Notes under the pieces: generated by a model
What the model was told of the DNA's origin: nothing
Seen by the model: only the letters and a program-made list of their open reading frames with translations
Database searches by the model: none
Assembly (NCBI RefSeq): GCF_024521635.1
Contig: NW_026250428.1
Location: 186,001 to 250,000, forward strand
DNA: 64,000 bases
Direction of reading: 5' to 3'
Source of the DNA: Tricharina praecox
Taxonomy: Eukaryota
Shown: positions 62,523 to 64,000 of the stretch, piece by piece
Numbering within the stretch: position 1 is the stretch's first letter
How the letters are laid out: every line of letters starts with the position of its first letter
Translations under genes and position numbers: made by a program

Positions 62523-64000
62523 GGACCCTCTGCGTCTCTTCAGTGCGTTCGTTGCGTACGGTGAGGTTTGGATAACGGCGAGGTCTGGATAACGTTTCGC
62601 TTAGAATCCTGTCTCTCGGTGGATGTTGAGCGGCGCGGGTGGGTGGAGGTGGGAGGGGGTGGGGACAGGATGCGAGCGCCCGGTCAGGCGCGGAGCGGGG
62701 ATTTGCGCGGGTGCTTGGGGGAGGTGCCGGCGACTGTTATGTCAGTTCTTTGGTCTCTCGGTCTGTCTCTCTGTCTCTGTTTTTTTTTCTTCTCTCGCCG
62801 CAAGCCGCACGCGGTCGCAGGACGTTTCGTATGCTGTTACGGAACCGAGTCGAATAGCAGCGACGGTAAGGGGATGGAAGCGAGTGAGGAGGAGTAAGTT
62901 GTAGTGTGAGAGCGACGGGATCAGTGAGTGTGTGTGTGTGTTTCGTCCAGGACCGGGGGGGCGGAGGTGAGGCGGAGGGGAGGCGGAGGGGATATGGTTG
63001 GCAGGTGGCGGTGGTGATGGATGATCTAGTGGGGGAGGGGGGGGAGGCGGACGACCCGAGAGGCGGATTTGCAATTTATGTAGTAAGCGCGATGGCGGCT
63101 CCGACAGGGGAGCAACGATTCCCAAGCGTCCCTTACAGCTTTTCATTGGTTAGTGTACTTCTCTCTCGCGGGCAGGCGAGGGACGCCGACTAGCTAGTCT
63201 CGCGGCGATGGCTCTCATTGGTGTGGACGTCGTGATCTACTTAGGTCTATAGATACGTCTATAAAATGATTTCCCCCCCCCCTATGTTGTTGCATGGCGT
63301 GGGCACTCTGGGCAGCTGGCAGCTGGCTCGCGAAATTCGGATGCTGGTGGACGGGCTGTATATTTGGCTACGGCCGGCGGGGAGGAATCGGGGGACAATG
63401 GTGATCTCGAAGGATGCTGTGCGCAGATGGGCGACGATCGAATTTGGCCGATATCACACCAGGAGGAGACGACACAAACATTGCTATGATACATTTCTCG
63501 AGTGGCCTCGATCCAACACACGATGAAGCTGCTGCTCGACGAGGCGATTGATTGCGTCGGCAATGTGGGGACCATCTACTATCTACGAATTCTTACCCTT
63601 CCAGCACCATCAATCCAGGCGCGACGTGGAACACATGAACTCGAGCCGGACCGTACAAGTACCGATGGGCGCAACAATGCTCCCAAGCACTCCGGACAGC
63701 GTGGATGACATAGGTATCAGCATCCAACAGTGTGCTGGATGTTTCCGTGCCGCCCGATGATCTCGGGGCTCAGAAGGGAAGTATAGCTTCTACTTCTGCC
63801 TGCTGCTTCTGCTTGCTGACCACGTCGCGATCGTAGGCATCGGCCCTCACGCCGATTCCGCATCGATATCATCCATCCGCTGCATATGCCGACGCTGCAT
63901 CACCGCGCCGCACCGCTAGCATCGCCATCATGGCCAATATCCTGTTTATCGCACGCCCATGCCCATGCCATGCACAACACTCGCGGAAGCGGAAGCTGCT

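Overview
Eukaryotic genomic DNA from a filamentous ascomycete. Short GT-AG introns with CTRAC/CTAAC branch points, a Zn2Cys6 factor and fungal TE families point to this; Pezizomycetes is a guess. The window is gene-poor and rich in repeats and TE relics. Intact-looking genes, all hand-spliced to in-frame models: a 7-exon Zn(II)2Cys6 transcription factor (58176-62522), a 5-exon MBA1/mL45-like mitochondrial protein (31779-32870), a secreted DUF4360-like protein (41415-42050), two hypothetical proteins, and an 85-aa three-exon CRIB-like microprotein missed by the ORF track (50186-50738). Mobile DNA includes Copia, Gypsy, Tad1-like LINE, Tc1/mariner and hAT relics, two inverted copies of a TA-flanked TIR element (one carrying a nested hAT MITE with an 8-bp TSD) and further MITEs. 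The most notable observations are four. (1) A decayed repeat-protein gene has taken up two unrelated housekeeping-gene fragments, transaldolase and intron-containing threonine dehydratase, at microhomology junctions. (2) The CRIB-like microgene is bracketed by ~290-bp inverted repeats. (3) A dense mosaic of co-oriented TE fragments fills 1-3.5 kb. (4) Several foldback structures occur, one built from two synonymously diverged LINE copies. All calls are by eye; no database searches were run.
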